Positions 44,658-52,797 of a DNA stretch of 55,695 nucleotides are shown in pieces. The DNA is taken from NCBI GenBank assembly GCA_001820955.1, contig MHRK01000047.1, positions 1 to 55,695 of the forward strand, given 5' to 3'. Below the pieces are notes generated by a model. That model saw nothing but the letters and a program-made list of their open reading frames with translations. It was not told where the DNA came from and made no database searches. The stretch comes from Candidatus Taylorbacteria bacterium RIFCSPHIGHO2_02_FULL_43_32b. GTDB taxonomy: Bacteria > Patescibacteriota > Minisyncoccia > Phycocordibacterales > 2-02-FULL-43-11. The position numbers and the translations under genes are program-made. How positions within the stretch are numbered: position 1 is the stretch's first letter; each line of letters opens with the position of its first letter.

Positions 44658-44899
44658 TCTAAAAAGTAACGAAGGAGTCTATTAAGGTTCCCTAGGCGCG
44701 AATGGAAACCGTGCCGATAGTGCAATGGCAAAAGGGAGCTTGACTGCGAGGGGGACATCCCAAGCAGGTGCGAAAGCAGAGCATAGTGAACCGATGGCCC
44801 GCGTTAGACGCGGCCAGAGATTATCGGACAAAAGCTACTCCAGGGATAACAGGCTAGTTCCGCCTAAGAGTTCATATCGACGGCGGAGTTCGGCACCTC

Positions 44900-45287
44900 A
44901 AATCGGGGCGCCATACCAGAAATGGTATTAGCTACTTCGACATAACACACAGGAGTGAACCCTGTTATGTTGTTGAAAAATATTGGCTTATAACGGTGGA
45001 ATCCTACGAATAAATTTTTTGCAAAATTTAGGCGAGGACAATCCCGTGGGAACCCAGCACCATTTATCGTAAGACGGTGAATGAAGTGGTGTTGGCGGCA
45101 GTGCTATTTATGTGACTATTTCCAGAAAGTAAATAAATGGTGCTGGACCCGTAGAGACTTTCTCGATGACCCAAATCGAGACTAGTCCGGAATAAATTTC
45201 CGGGCTAACACGCCAACTCCTCATCCTCCAAAAGAGGGAAGGAAGAAGATATAGTCCATACAATTGGAAACAATTGCTAAAAGATAC
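44900..45287 (+). mobile_element. ORF-less group-I-like intron in ..GGCACCUC|GAUGUCGG.. (about E. coli 2500, peptidyl-transferase centre)
   Basis: aagatatagtcc (S-element-like) at 45247-45258, followed by a caattg-gaaa-caattg hairpin. It shares ggct(t)ataacggtggaatc with the next intron. The canonical U(-1)/terminal-G junction cannot be placed. Confidence 0.65.
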
Positions 45288-45319
45288 GATGTCGGCTTAT
45301 CACATCCCGGGGCTGTAGA

Positions 45320-45353
<34 letters not shown>

Positions 45354-45442
45354 TGCTACATGAGCTGGGTTCAGACCGTCGCGAGACAGGTTGGTCTCCT
45401 ATCTGCTGCAGGCGTTGATTCTTGAGGAGATTCGTTTCTAGT

Positions 45443-45890
45443 AAGTAATTGCTACTTTATGGAGTAATCCATAATGACAATTTGGCTAATAACGGTGGAA
45501 TCTTAAGGTTTTTGGTCTGTTGATAACCATATCGAACACGGTCCGGTGATTATGGTACAATTTACTTGAGGACCAGAAATATTTAAGACAATACCGTGGG
45601 AAGCATTAGGAAATTAAAAATGCAAATATCAAAATCAAAAAATACTGATTAAATTTTGCGAAAGCAAAATTTACAATCTGAATAGAATTTGTCCGCCTTC
45701 GGCGGACGCTTCAATTTTACATTTTGATTTTTAAACTTTACATTTTCTTTTGCCCCGTAACGACTGGAGTCCGCCTTATCGGCGGACGAAGATAGTGGTG
45801 GCGAACGATTTCGCGCCATTATAATATGCCAACGACCAATTAGATTGGTCGAAGATATAGTCTACACACGTAGTGATACGTGAATATGTG
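45443..45890 (+). mobile_element. ORF-less group-I-like intron splitting the sarcin-ricin loop (..CUAGU|ACGAGAGGACC..)
   Basis: The 5' exon ends in U (45442) and the intron ends in G (45890). It has aagatatagtc at 45852-45862 and carries a family F1 palindrome (45611-45746) in a peripheral region. Confidence 0.7.
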
Positions 45891-46130
45891 ACGAGAGGAC
45901 CGAAACGAACTGACCTCTGGTGTACCTGCTGTCGTGCCAACGGCACCGCAGGGCAGCTATGTCGGGAACGGATAACCGCTGAAAGCATCTAAGTGGGAAA
46001 CCGCCTCCAAGATTAGGAATCGTTTAGACCCGTGGAAGACTACCACGTTGATAGGCTTTAGGTGTACGCACAGTAATGTGTTGAGCCGTGAAGTACTAAT
46101 CCGTCGATCTTGTTAGGAAATATTGGAGCC

Positions 46131-46213
46131 ACAGGCTCTAGGTAGTAGAGCTCTAGGCTCTAGGTTGGAAGAAATTCTTTCCTAGCGTCTAGTGCCTAAA
46201 GTCTAGTGCCTAA
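46131..46213. repeat. Family F5 palindromic element flanking the 23S 3' side
   Basis: acaggctctaggtagtagagctctaggctctagg...cctagcgtctagtgcctaaagtctagtgcctaa. Confidence 0.65.
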
Positions 46214-46308
46214 TTTGTCCCGTTGTGTGGAATTGATAGATGTCAGTTCCATTTGTACCTTGATTAAAATGTCCGCCAAAGGCGGATCAGCCGAGGAGGC
46301 TGAAAAAG

Positions 46309-46386
46309 CAGCGTAAAGCGTATAGCGTTTAGTTTGGAAGATTTTCCGGACTTAACGCTGTACGCTATTCGCTAAACGCTTTAAAG
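46309..46386. repeat. Family F6 palindromic element
   Basis: gcagcgtaaagcgtatagcgtttag...cttaacgctgtacgctattcgctaaacgctttaaag. Confidence 0.6.
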
Positions 46387-46395
46387 ATTTTGGAC

Positions 46396-46470
46396 GCGCA
46401 TGTAACTCAGCGGTAGAGTATGGCTTTCGTAAGGCCAGAGTCATTGGTTCAAATCCAATCATGCGCTCCA
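46396..46470 (+). tRNA. tRNA-Thr (anticodon CGU), CCA encoded
   Basis: Manual cloverleaf: gcgcatg/catgcgc acceptor, actc/gagt D stem, tggct-ttCGTaa-ggcca anticodon arm, attgg-ttcaaat-ccaat T arm, discriminator t, cca. Confidence 0.9.
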
Positions 46471-46476
46471 AGCTTT

Positions 46477-46567
46477 CGGAGGGGTGGTGTAATGGGCTCT
46501 GGGCACATTAGTTGTTTCACTTGATGGGTGAGAATTTGTCCAAGTTCAAAACTTGCCCCTCCGCCCA
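46477..46567 (+). ncRNA. 91-nt tRNA-like element (long variable region; anticodon not assignable)
   Basis: Perfect 7-bp acceptor cggaggg/ccctccg, T arm ccaag-ttcaaaa-cttgc and a 3' c-cca. However, position 8 is G, no clean D stem is found, and the best anticodon stem encloses a 9-nt loop (ttgtttcac). Confidence 0.3.
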
Positions 46568-46823
46568 ATTTTCGGGCTCCGTCCCTTCCGCGGGTGCGGA
46601 AACTGAGTGCCCGTAACTAACTGGGGCGCAACTAAGAATTAGAGGACAATCTTTCGTTCTCTTCTAGCTTAGTTGTCGCCCCGGTTAGAATTATGCTAAT
46701 CTCTTTGCATTAAAGGTTTTGTTCCCCAGTACAACAGCAAAGCTGTGTACGGGGCAGGCGGGTGATTTATTTCAGGGACTAAATCACGCAAAATTTTGAC
46801 AATATAATATTTGAACTCAAAGT

Positions 46824-46936
46824 CTCTGGTGCTTTGGCGAGAGGGAAACACCTCTTCCTCCGCCTCCGTAAAGCTTTGGCGGATTGCGATTTGTATCCAA
46901 TCGCTTCGCTTTTGGACAAATCGGGAACATTCCGAC
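46824..46936 (+). pseudogene. 5S-like 5' half carrying a ~70-nt insertion
   Basis: ctctggtgctttggcgagagggaaacacctcttcc [insert] acattccgac, compared with canonical gtctggtgacttgacgcggtggaaacacctcttcccattccgaac. Confidence 0.55.
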
Positions 46937-46985
46937 TTGCCCCGTCAGAAAAATTGAGTATATTGATAATTAGTTCACTTTTTTA

Positions 46986-47094
46986 GTCTGGTGACTTGAC
47001 GCGGTGGAAACACCTCTTCCCATTCCGAACAGAGCAGTTAAGCACCGTAGTACCGATGATACCCTTTGGTGGGAAAAGTAGGTAGTCGCCAGGC
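46986..47094 (+). rRNA. rrf: 5S rRNA (canonical copy)
   Basis: gtctggtgac...ggaaacacctcttcccattccgaacagagcagttaagc...ccgatgat..ggtgggaaaagtaggtagtcgccaggc. Helix I is complementary. Confidence 0.88.
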
Positions 47095-47126
47095 TAAAGT
47101 AGTGAACTCAATTTTTCTTTCCGGGG

Positions 47127-47279
47127 ACAGAGCAGTTAAGCCTCTTAGCGCCGATGAGTCACGCATAATTTTCTGCTGAAAATTTGCGCGACCCCGCCTC
47201 GGGCCGCCGCCCTCCGGCTTTGAATCCTCCAGGTGTTCGGATTCAACCCTTTGGTGGGAAAAGTAGGTAAGTGCCAGGG
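47127..47279 (+). pseudogene. 5S-like 3' half carrying a ~85-nt insertion
   Basis: acagagcagttaagcctcttagcgccgatgagtc [insert] accctttggtgggaaaagtaggtaagtgccaggg. Its 3' end can pair (with G-U pairs) with 46824-46832. Confidence 0.55.
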
Positions 47280-47310
47280 ACTTTGTGTTTAAGTCAAAAT
47301 TTAGGCGGGC

Positions 47311-47350
47311 GAACAGAGCAGTCAAGCTCTGTAGAGACGATGAGTCGTGG
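47311..47350 (+). pseudogene. Third partial 5S-derived fragment
   Basis: gaacagagcagtcaagctctgtagagacgatgagtcgtgg. Confidence 0.45.
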
Positions 47351-47401
47351 CTTTCTTGACATAAGTTTGTGCAAAAGTATTCTTAATGAGTAAAGGAACA
47401 A

Positions 47402-47605
47402 ATGAAAACCGTCCGCGCTAGCCGGTTAATTTTAGGGCTTTCTTTCGTAGGTATAATAAATACCCTGTGCCTCATCCTCGTTGCGAATCAACTTATATCG
47501 CAATGGTGGGTGATAATGGCTTTGTTGTTTTTGACGGCGTATGTCCTTTGGATTGTGATTTTAGTTGATAAAGCTCGAAATGGGCAAATCCTGATTAAGA
47601 AGTAA
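47402..47605 (+). CDS. Small 2-TM membrane protein (67 aa)
   Basis: Two hydrophobic helices (LILGLSFVGIINTLCLILVA and WWVIMALLFLTAYVLWIVILV). Confidence 0.45.
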   Translation: MKTVRASRLILGLSFVGIINTLCLILVANQLISQWWVIMALLFLTAYVLWIVILVDKARNGQILIKK

Positions 47606-47693
47606 TCCTCGTTGCGGGGGCTCTTTTTTTGTTTATCATAAACACTTTTGCGGACTCATTGTTTGTTGCTGGTTGTTTGTTTATACTTTAGGG

Positions 47694-48461
47694 ATGTTTT
47701 CTTGGGGACGAGGACGAAAATTACTTTATCTATCAACAGCATTGTTTTTCAGTGTTTTTGCAATGATTCTTATTGCTGTAGTTACTTGGTACGAACGGCC
47801 TAACTGTTTTGATAACATGAAGAATCAGGACGAATTCGGTGTCGATTGCGGGGGAAGTTGCGCCAAGGTTTGTACCAATGAAATTGCGCAAATAAGTCCG
47901 GATTGGGTCAGGTTTTTTGAAGTGAAATACGGAGTTTACAGTGTGGCGGTGCGGGCTCAAAATCCGAATAATCTCGTGGCATTTTCTGTTCCTTATCGCA
48001 TTAAACTTTACGGAAGTACTGGCCTACTGCTTGGCGAGAGAGATGGGGAAGTTTACATTCCGCCCAATCAGGCGTTCGGCATTTTTGAAGGCGCGATTAG
48101 TGTGCCGAACGACAAGCCTGCTCGAGTTACATTTGAATGGCGAGATAAAACTAATTGGGTGAAAAATTCAGCTGTTAACAAGCCTATGGTTATCAAAGAT
48201 GTGATAAGGAGTTTTAATGGCCCCGGTTTCCCAAGAGTGACCGCCCTAATGGAAAATACCAGTCTTCAAACTGTACGTAATGTAAGGGGTGTTGCCATTG
48301 TTTATGACTTGAACGGGAACGCAATAGCGGCATCAAAAACAATAATCGACAAGGTAGCTGGAGGGGGAAAAGCGGAGATGGTTTTTTCTTGGCCTGTTTA
48401 TTTCGGGCAGGAGGCTAGAGTTGAAATTCTTCATTGGCTTTTGCCCATGGGTGAACAATAG
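47694..48461 (+). CDS. Membrane-anchored hypothetical protein upstream of the SEDS gene
   Basis: N-terminal TM (LLYLSTALFFSVFAMILIAVVTW), a cysteine cluster (CFD..CGGSCAKVC) and a beta-rich domain. The ORF track starts at TTG 47673. Confidence 0.6.
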   Translation: MFSWGRGRKLLYLSTALFFSVFAMILIAVVTWYERPNCFDNMKNQDEFGVDCGGSCAKVCTNEIAQISPDWVRFFEVKYGVYSVAVRAQNPNNLVAFSVPYRIKLYGSTGLLLGERDGEVYIPPNQAFGIFEGAISVPNDKPARVTFEWRDKTNWVKNSAVNKPMVIKDVIRSFNGPGFPRVTALMENTSLQTVRNVRGVAIVYDLNGNAIAASKTIIDKVAGGGKAEMVFSWPVYFGQEARVEILHWLLPMGEQ

Positions 48462-48481
48462 GATTTGTTTAAAATTAAAAT

Positions 48482-49609
48482 ATGTCCGGTAAAAAAATTC
48501 CCTTTATTCATATCGATTGGCTGTTGCTAACGGCAGTTTTGCTTATTTCCGCCGCCAGTCTTACTGTCATGAATTCCTTTGTTGGAGAAAGCGCGTTATT
48601 CGAACGCCAGTTTGTTTGGCAGGCGGTTGCTGTCGGTGTCATGCTTTTTGTCAGTTTAATTGATTGGCATTTTTTAAGGCGCACAGATATTTTGGTCTAC
48701 TGTTTTGGACTGACAATTCTTGTTCTTGTCGCGGTGCTTTTTTTTGGAATTGACGTAAACGGATCTCATAGCTGGTTTCGTTTTGGCGGGGTTTCTTTCC
48801 AACCATCTGATTTGGCAAAGATTGTGATTTTGCTGATACTTTCAAAGTATTTCTCAAGAAGACATATTGAGATAGCCGATATACGCCACATTATCGTCTC
48901 AGGTTTATACGCATTCGCCATTTTCATACTGATTTTTCTTCAGCCGGATTTTGGGTCGGCTATAGTAATTTTTCTAATTTGGCTTGGCATGGTTTTGGTT
49001 TCGGGAATATCCAAAAAACACCTTCTCTTGGTTTTTGGGGTCGGATTCTGCGTTTTTGCCGCTCTCTGGTTTTTTGTATTCGCCGATTATCAAAAGCAGA
49101 GAATAGTTACATTTATTAACCCTTTAAGTGACATCAGGGGCGCGGGTTATAATGCCGACCAGTCGGTTATAGCTGTCGGTTCGGGGGGGTTTTGGGGTAA
49201 AGGGCTCGGCTATGGCACTCAATCTCGCCTCAATTTTTTACCCGAGTACGAAACTGATTTTATTTTCGCTGCGTTTGCTGAAGAGTGGGGTTTTGTCGGT
49301 GTGGTAATGCTTCTCATTTTGTATTTGGGAATTATTTGGCGCATTGTTAAAATAGCGATGAGAGGTGCTACAAATTTCGAAGTGCTATTCGGTTTGGGTG
49401 TGGCGGTTTATTTTTTGTGCCATATCGTAATCAATATCGGTATGAATCTGGCACTTTTGCCAGTAACCGGAATCACGCTACCTTTTATGAGCTATGGCGG
49501 ATCTCACTTGGTGGCTGAGTTTTTGGCAGTAGGAATACTTTTTGGAATGAATCGGTACGGTCGTTCCACCGACAGGGAAGCGGTGAAGAATGAGGTGGTG
49601 GGGGTGTAG
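48482..49609 (+). CDS. SEDS-family peptidoglycan glycosyltransferase (RodA/FtsW)
   Basis: ...FQPSDLAKIVILLILSKYF..., LQPDFGSA, YGTQSRLNFLPEYETDFIFAAFAEEWGF, LPFMSYGGSH. Confidence 0.9.
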   Translation: MSGKKIPFIHIDWLLLTAVLLISAASLTVMNSFVGESALFERQFVWQAVAVGVMLFVSLIDWHFLRRTDILVYCFGLTILVLVAVLFFGIDVNGSHSWFRFGGVSFQPSDLAKIVILLILSKYFSRRHIEIADIRHIIVSGLYAFAIFILIFLQPDFGSAIVIFLIWLGMVLVSGISKKHLLLVFGVGFCVFAALWFFVFADYQKQRIVTFINPLSDIRGAGYNADQSVIAVGSGGFWGKGLGYGTQSRLNFLPEYETDFIFAAFAEEWGFVGVVMLLILYLGIIWRIVKIAMRGATNFEVLFGLGVAVYFLCHIVINIGMNLALLPVTGITLPFMSYGGSHLVAEFLAVGILFGMNRYGRSTDREAVKNEVVGV

Positions 49610-49611
49610 GG

Positions 49612-49690
49612 GGGAATGAATTATGAATTAGGGTGAATGCAAAATGCAAAAATCAAAATGGAAAATGACAATGCAAAATGCAAAAATTTT
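49612..49690. repeat. Adjacent single arms of families F2 and F1 after the SEDS gene
   Basis: gaatgaattatgaattagggtgaatgcaaaatgcaaaaatcaaaatggaaaatgacaatgcaaaatgcaaaaatttt. Confidence 0.55.
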
Positions 49691-49789
49691 GTGAAATAGC
49701 AATATACTGGCAATTCTGGGAATGGTAAGATATTTGTATTACAAGTAGAAATGTTCGGCTATCTGCTGGACAGGTAGCAAACTAACTTT

Positions 49790-50026
49790 ATGGAACTATC
49801 ATCAGAAAAATTTGATAATGATCTGGAGGAGAAAGTTGAATATGATGAGGGCATTAGGCATTTAATACAAGTGTGTGAGATGGCCGCCCCATTTTTTGAA
49901 AAGGCCAAGGATCCGGAATATCTTAAGAGAATTCCATCAGCATGGTTTATAAAAACAGCCGAAGCTTTGACTATGTTAGGGGTAATAGATCAGATCGTGG
50001 AAAAAGAAAACGAAAAAGAGAAATAG
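49790..50026 (+). CDS. Hypothetical acidic small protein (78 aa)
   Basis: ORF track only. Confidence 0.35.
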   Translation: MELSSEKFDNDLEEKVEYDEGIRHLIQVCEMAAPFFEKAKDPEYLKRIPSAWFIKTAEALTMLGVIDQIVEKENEKEK

Positions 50027-50100
50027 TTTTTTTGTAAGTGTCTCCGGCCATGGGGCACTGCTTGTATTTCTTGAGGGCTTCCTTTCGCTTGAACATACAG

Positions 50101-50126
50101 AAAAAAACCGGGACGTTATGTTCCGG
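50101..50126 (-). terminator. Intrinsic terminator enclosing the stop codon of 50116..50799
   Basis: On the minus strand: ccggaac-ataac-gtcccgg followed by ttttttt. Confidence 0.55.
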
Positions 50127-50799
50127 TTAATTCATGTATGCGTTCGACTACGGCGCTTATTTGGGGTGAATAGGCGATATCACCACGCTTACCGTATGTT
50201 TCAATGCGGAGAAATTCGCCCCAAATGAGCTCGGTGTACCTCTTGTCTTTGTGCCAAAAATCAGGGTTTAATGTTCCGGGCGTCTCAGACGATGTCCATA
50301 CGTAGCCGCGTTGCTTTAAGTCCGCATTTTCGAGGTATTTCTGGAGGGTCAAGCGACAACGTCCGCAATGCCCCCATGCCGCGATGAAAACAATTTTTTT
50401 AAATCGATCAAGACCAAGTCTCAAGGCATAGACGACATTTTCGAGAGTATTTTTCGAAACTTTGTCACAGTAGAAAAAAATGTTTTCCGGCAAAGTTTTT
50501 TTGGCCAGAGCAAATATTTTTTCTGATTCGCGTTTGCCGTCCCCGGTGTCTTTTCCTCCGGTTATGAATACGTTTTTAACGCTGGTCAGATTGATGATGT
50601 CGGAGAGATGTTCAATAGCCAGGAAGTGTTTTTCTTCATGAGGAGTGCCAAAAACTAAGACAGCGTCAGTTTCTTTGTCGGCATTCTCGTTTTTACCAAA
50701 GCAAAGCTCTGTTAGAAGTTCGACTGCTTCCTCTCCCAGTTTTGGGGGTGTTGGATTCTTGGGTATTTGATTTTGCATAAGAACCTTATACTTACGCAA
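50116..50799 (-). CDS. DUF218/YdcF-like protein
   Basis: ...AVLVFGTPHEE..NVFITGGKD...SKNTLENVVYAL...KIVFIAAWGHCGRCRLTLQ fits the family pattern from memory. Confidence 0.55.
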   Translation of the reverse strand: MRKYKVLMQNQIPKNPTPPKLGEEAVELLTELCFGKNENADKETDAVLVFGTPHEEKHFLAIEHLSDIINLTSVKNVFITGGKDTGDGKRESEKIFALAKKTLPENIFFYCDKVSKNTLENVVYALRLGLDRFKKIVFIAAWGHCGRCRLTLQKYLENADLKQRGYVWTSSETPGTLNPDFWHKDKRYTELIWGEFLRIETYGKRGDIAYSPQISAVVERIHELTGT

Positions 50800-50888
50800 A
50801 ATTACAGTAATTGTTGGTTGGAGTCAAAATTTCGCCCTTGATTACAAGGGCTCAATATCGCGACAGAAGACCTCCATCTGCATTCTCA

Positions 50889-51395
50889 TTATGTTATTTC
50901 AGTTTTAATGGTTTCAAGCGCCTCGCAAATGCGGTCTGACATTTCAATAAAGTTTGGAGTAGGTTCAAAGTCCCAATCTTTTTCTTGCTGCTTCTGTTCG
51001 TAGAGTTTTCCCCAACTATCGTATTCCTGCAGTATCTTTTCTATTTTGAGCACTACCTCAGGCATGAATTCTTTTGCCTCGCCAAGTAAAATACTTTTGC
51101 TGACGGAGTCCGCCAAGGTTTTTTCTTTAGTTGTTTCGCCGGTAATTTTTCTTAAATCACCTTCGAAGGCTCTCTCTGAAGGGGTTTGAAATTGGTTTGA
51201 TCCATATAACCCATTACCGGATATTAAAAACCCTGTACCTTTTAAAGTTCTTTTTCCGTCTTCAAGCCGGCCGTTTTGAGCAAAATCCGCATTGCGTTTC
51301 GCGTAATTTATAAATTCATCTATTGCGGAAAGCAACAAAATCTTAGTCTTTTTTACTTTCTCATTTTCGTCTAAAAAATCTTTTTTTTCGAACAT
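50889..51395 (-). CDS. Hypothetical protein (168 aa)
   Basis: ORF track only, no motif. Lies 8 nt downstream of the GT gene on the same strand. Confidence 0.5.
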   Translation of the reverse strand: MFEKKDFLDENEKVKKTKILLLSAIDEFINYAKRNADFAQNGRLEDGKRTLKGTGFLISGNGLYGSNQFQTPSERAFEGDLRKITGETTKEKTLADSVSKSILLGEAKEFMPEVVLKIEKILQEYDSWGKLYEQKQQEKDWDFEPTPNFIEMSDRICEALETIKTEIT

Positions 51396-51403
51396 GTTTA
51401 AAA

Positions 51404-52597
51404 TTATTGCTTATAAATTTCTTGTGTCCGCTCAAGCATCTTTTTAAGAGAAAATTCTTCCGAAATTCTGCGTTTTAGTTTACCTCCGAATTCAAGAATT
51501 TTATCGGGATTCTGTTCGAAAAAACGAAGAGCATATGAAATTTCTTTAATTGCCGCCGGTCGGATTAATATACCCGTTTCCATATCTACGATGACATCTT
51601 TAGCTCCGCCTACGTTTGTAGCCACCACAGGAAGTCCAACTGAGCCGGCTTCGAGAATAGTGTAAGGGAGACCTTCCTTAAGTGATGGCAACAAAAAAAT
51701 GTCGAATGCCGAAAGCAATTCGCCTGCATTATTTTTATAACCCGTAAAAAAAACGAAGTTTTGTAAGGCAAGTTTCTTCACTTCATTTTCCAGCTTTTGT
51801 CTTTGTTCGCCTTCGCCGATAATGCCGAAGATGATGGGGTGATCGTTGTCAGCCTTTTGTTTTTTTATTTCGGCGATGGCTTCTAGCGCGTATCTGAGTC
51901 CTTTATTTGGATGAAGTTCTGCAATTGTGCCGATGGCAAGATTTCGCTCTGAAATGATGGCCTCGCCGAATATGATTTTTCGGGCATCGTCTCTGTCCCG
52001 ATACGTTATTGGAGAGATGCCATTATGGATTAAGATAAGTCTGTTTGAAGTTAAAAATTTGGGTGCACGCACTAAGTCGTCTTCCGAAACGACTATTGTC
52101 TTATGCGATAGATATACCGTGAACCAAGAAAGAAAGTAAATAATTAATCTTTGGTAGTTTTTTCTTGATTCTTTGAATGCCCATCCGTGAGCAGTAAAAA
52201 TTATTTTAGGCTCTAAGCGATCGGTTCTAGCTCCTAGGAAAGAAAAAAGAGTAACCAGACGACACGCGAGAGCGCCGACTCCGCCGGCTTTGGAGCTGTT
52301 CAGGTGAACCACATCGGGTTTTTCTCTTTTTATTATTTTATATAATTCAAAAAAAACGAGCGGTTCTTTAAAAAAAGAGATATCTCGCATGAAATTTTTT
52401 ACCAAAATTGTCCTGATGCCGGATTCTTCGAGTTTGTTATAAAGCAACCCCGGTTTGGCTTTAGATTCTCCGGAGCCCCCAAGCGCAACGATAGGTTCAA
52501 ATTCGTTTTCAGGCAGGGAAGTGGCCAGATCAAAGACATATCGTTGGGCGCCACCAAAGTTAGACTTGGTGATTATGTAGAGAATCTTTTTTTTCAT
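51404..52597 (-). CDS. Glycosyltransferase, GT4 family (GT-B fold)
   Basis: ...SNFGGAQRYVFDLA... and PSLKEGLPYTILEAGSVGLPVVATNVGGAKDVI (E-x7-E region). Confidence 0.88.
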   Translation of the reverse strand: MKKKILYIITKSNFGGAQRYVFDLATSLPENEFEPIVALGGSGESKAKPGLLYNKLEESGIRTILVKNFMRDISFFKEPLVFFELYKIIKREKPDVVHLNSSKAGGVGALACRLVTLFSFLGARTDRLEPKIIFTAHGWAFKESRKNYQRLIIYFLSWFTVYLSHKTIVVSEDDLVRAPKFLTSNRLILIHNGISPITYRDRDDARKIIFGEAIISERNLAIGTIAELHPNKGLRYALEAIAEIKKQKADNDHPIIFGIIGEGEQRQKLENEVKKLALQNFVFFTGYKNNAGELLSAFDIFLLPSLKEGLPYTILEAGSVGLPVVATNVGGAKDVIVDMETGILIRPAAIKEISYALRFFEQNPDKILEFGGKLKRRISEEFSLKKMLERTQEIYKQ

Positions 52598-52602
52598 ATC
52601 GT

Positions 52603-52708
52603 TAATACAAATATACGAATGTTACTAATCTTTCTAATGTCAACGAATTCTCAAAATTCGGGTTCTATTCGTATACATTCGTTATGATTAGTGTCATTAG
52701 TATATTGG
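52603..52708. repeat. Family F4 palindromic element in a divergent intergenic region
   Basis: caaatatacgaatgttactaatc...attcgtatacattcgttatgattagtgtcattagtatattgg. Same architecture as 35173-35275. Confidence 0.6.
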
Positions 52709-52797
52709 TCAAGTTATTATAAAAACTATACCATGCCAACGTGTTTTTTCCACGGAGCTAGATTTAACAGGATTTTTGTTGTACCATACTTCCGTCT

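Noticed and set aside
46477-46567. tRNA-like element considered as tRNA-Sec (an 8-bp acceptor is possible, a long variable arm, and tca within the loop).
   Set aside because: It has no 6-bp D stem, the T stem would be only 4 bp, the loop geometry is wrong, and TGA is used as an ordinary stop. There is not enough support.
47038-47325. 95-aa minus-strand ORF.
   Set aside because: It lies antisense across the canonical 5S gene and the 5S-like fragment.
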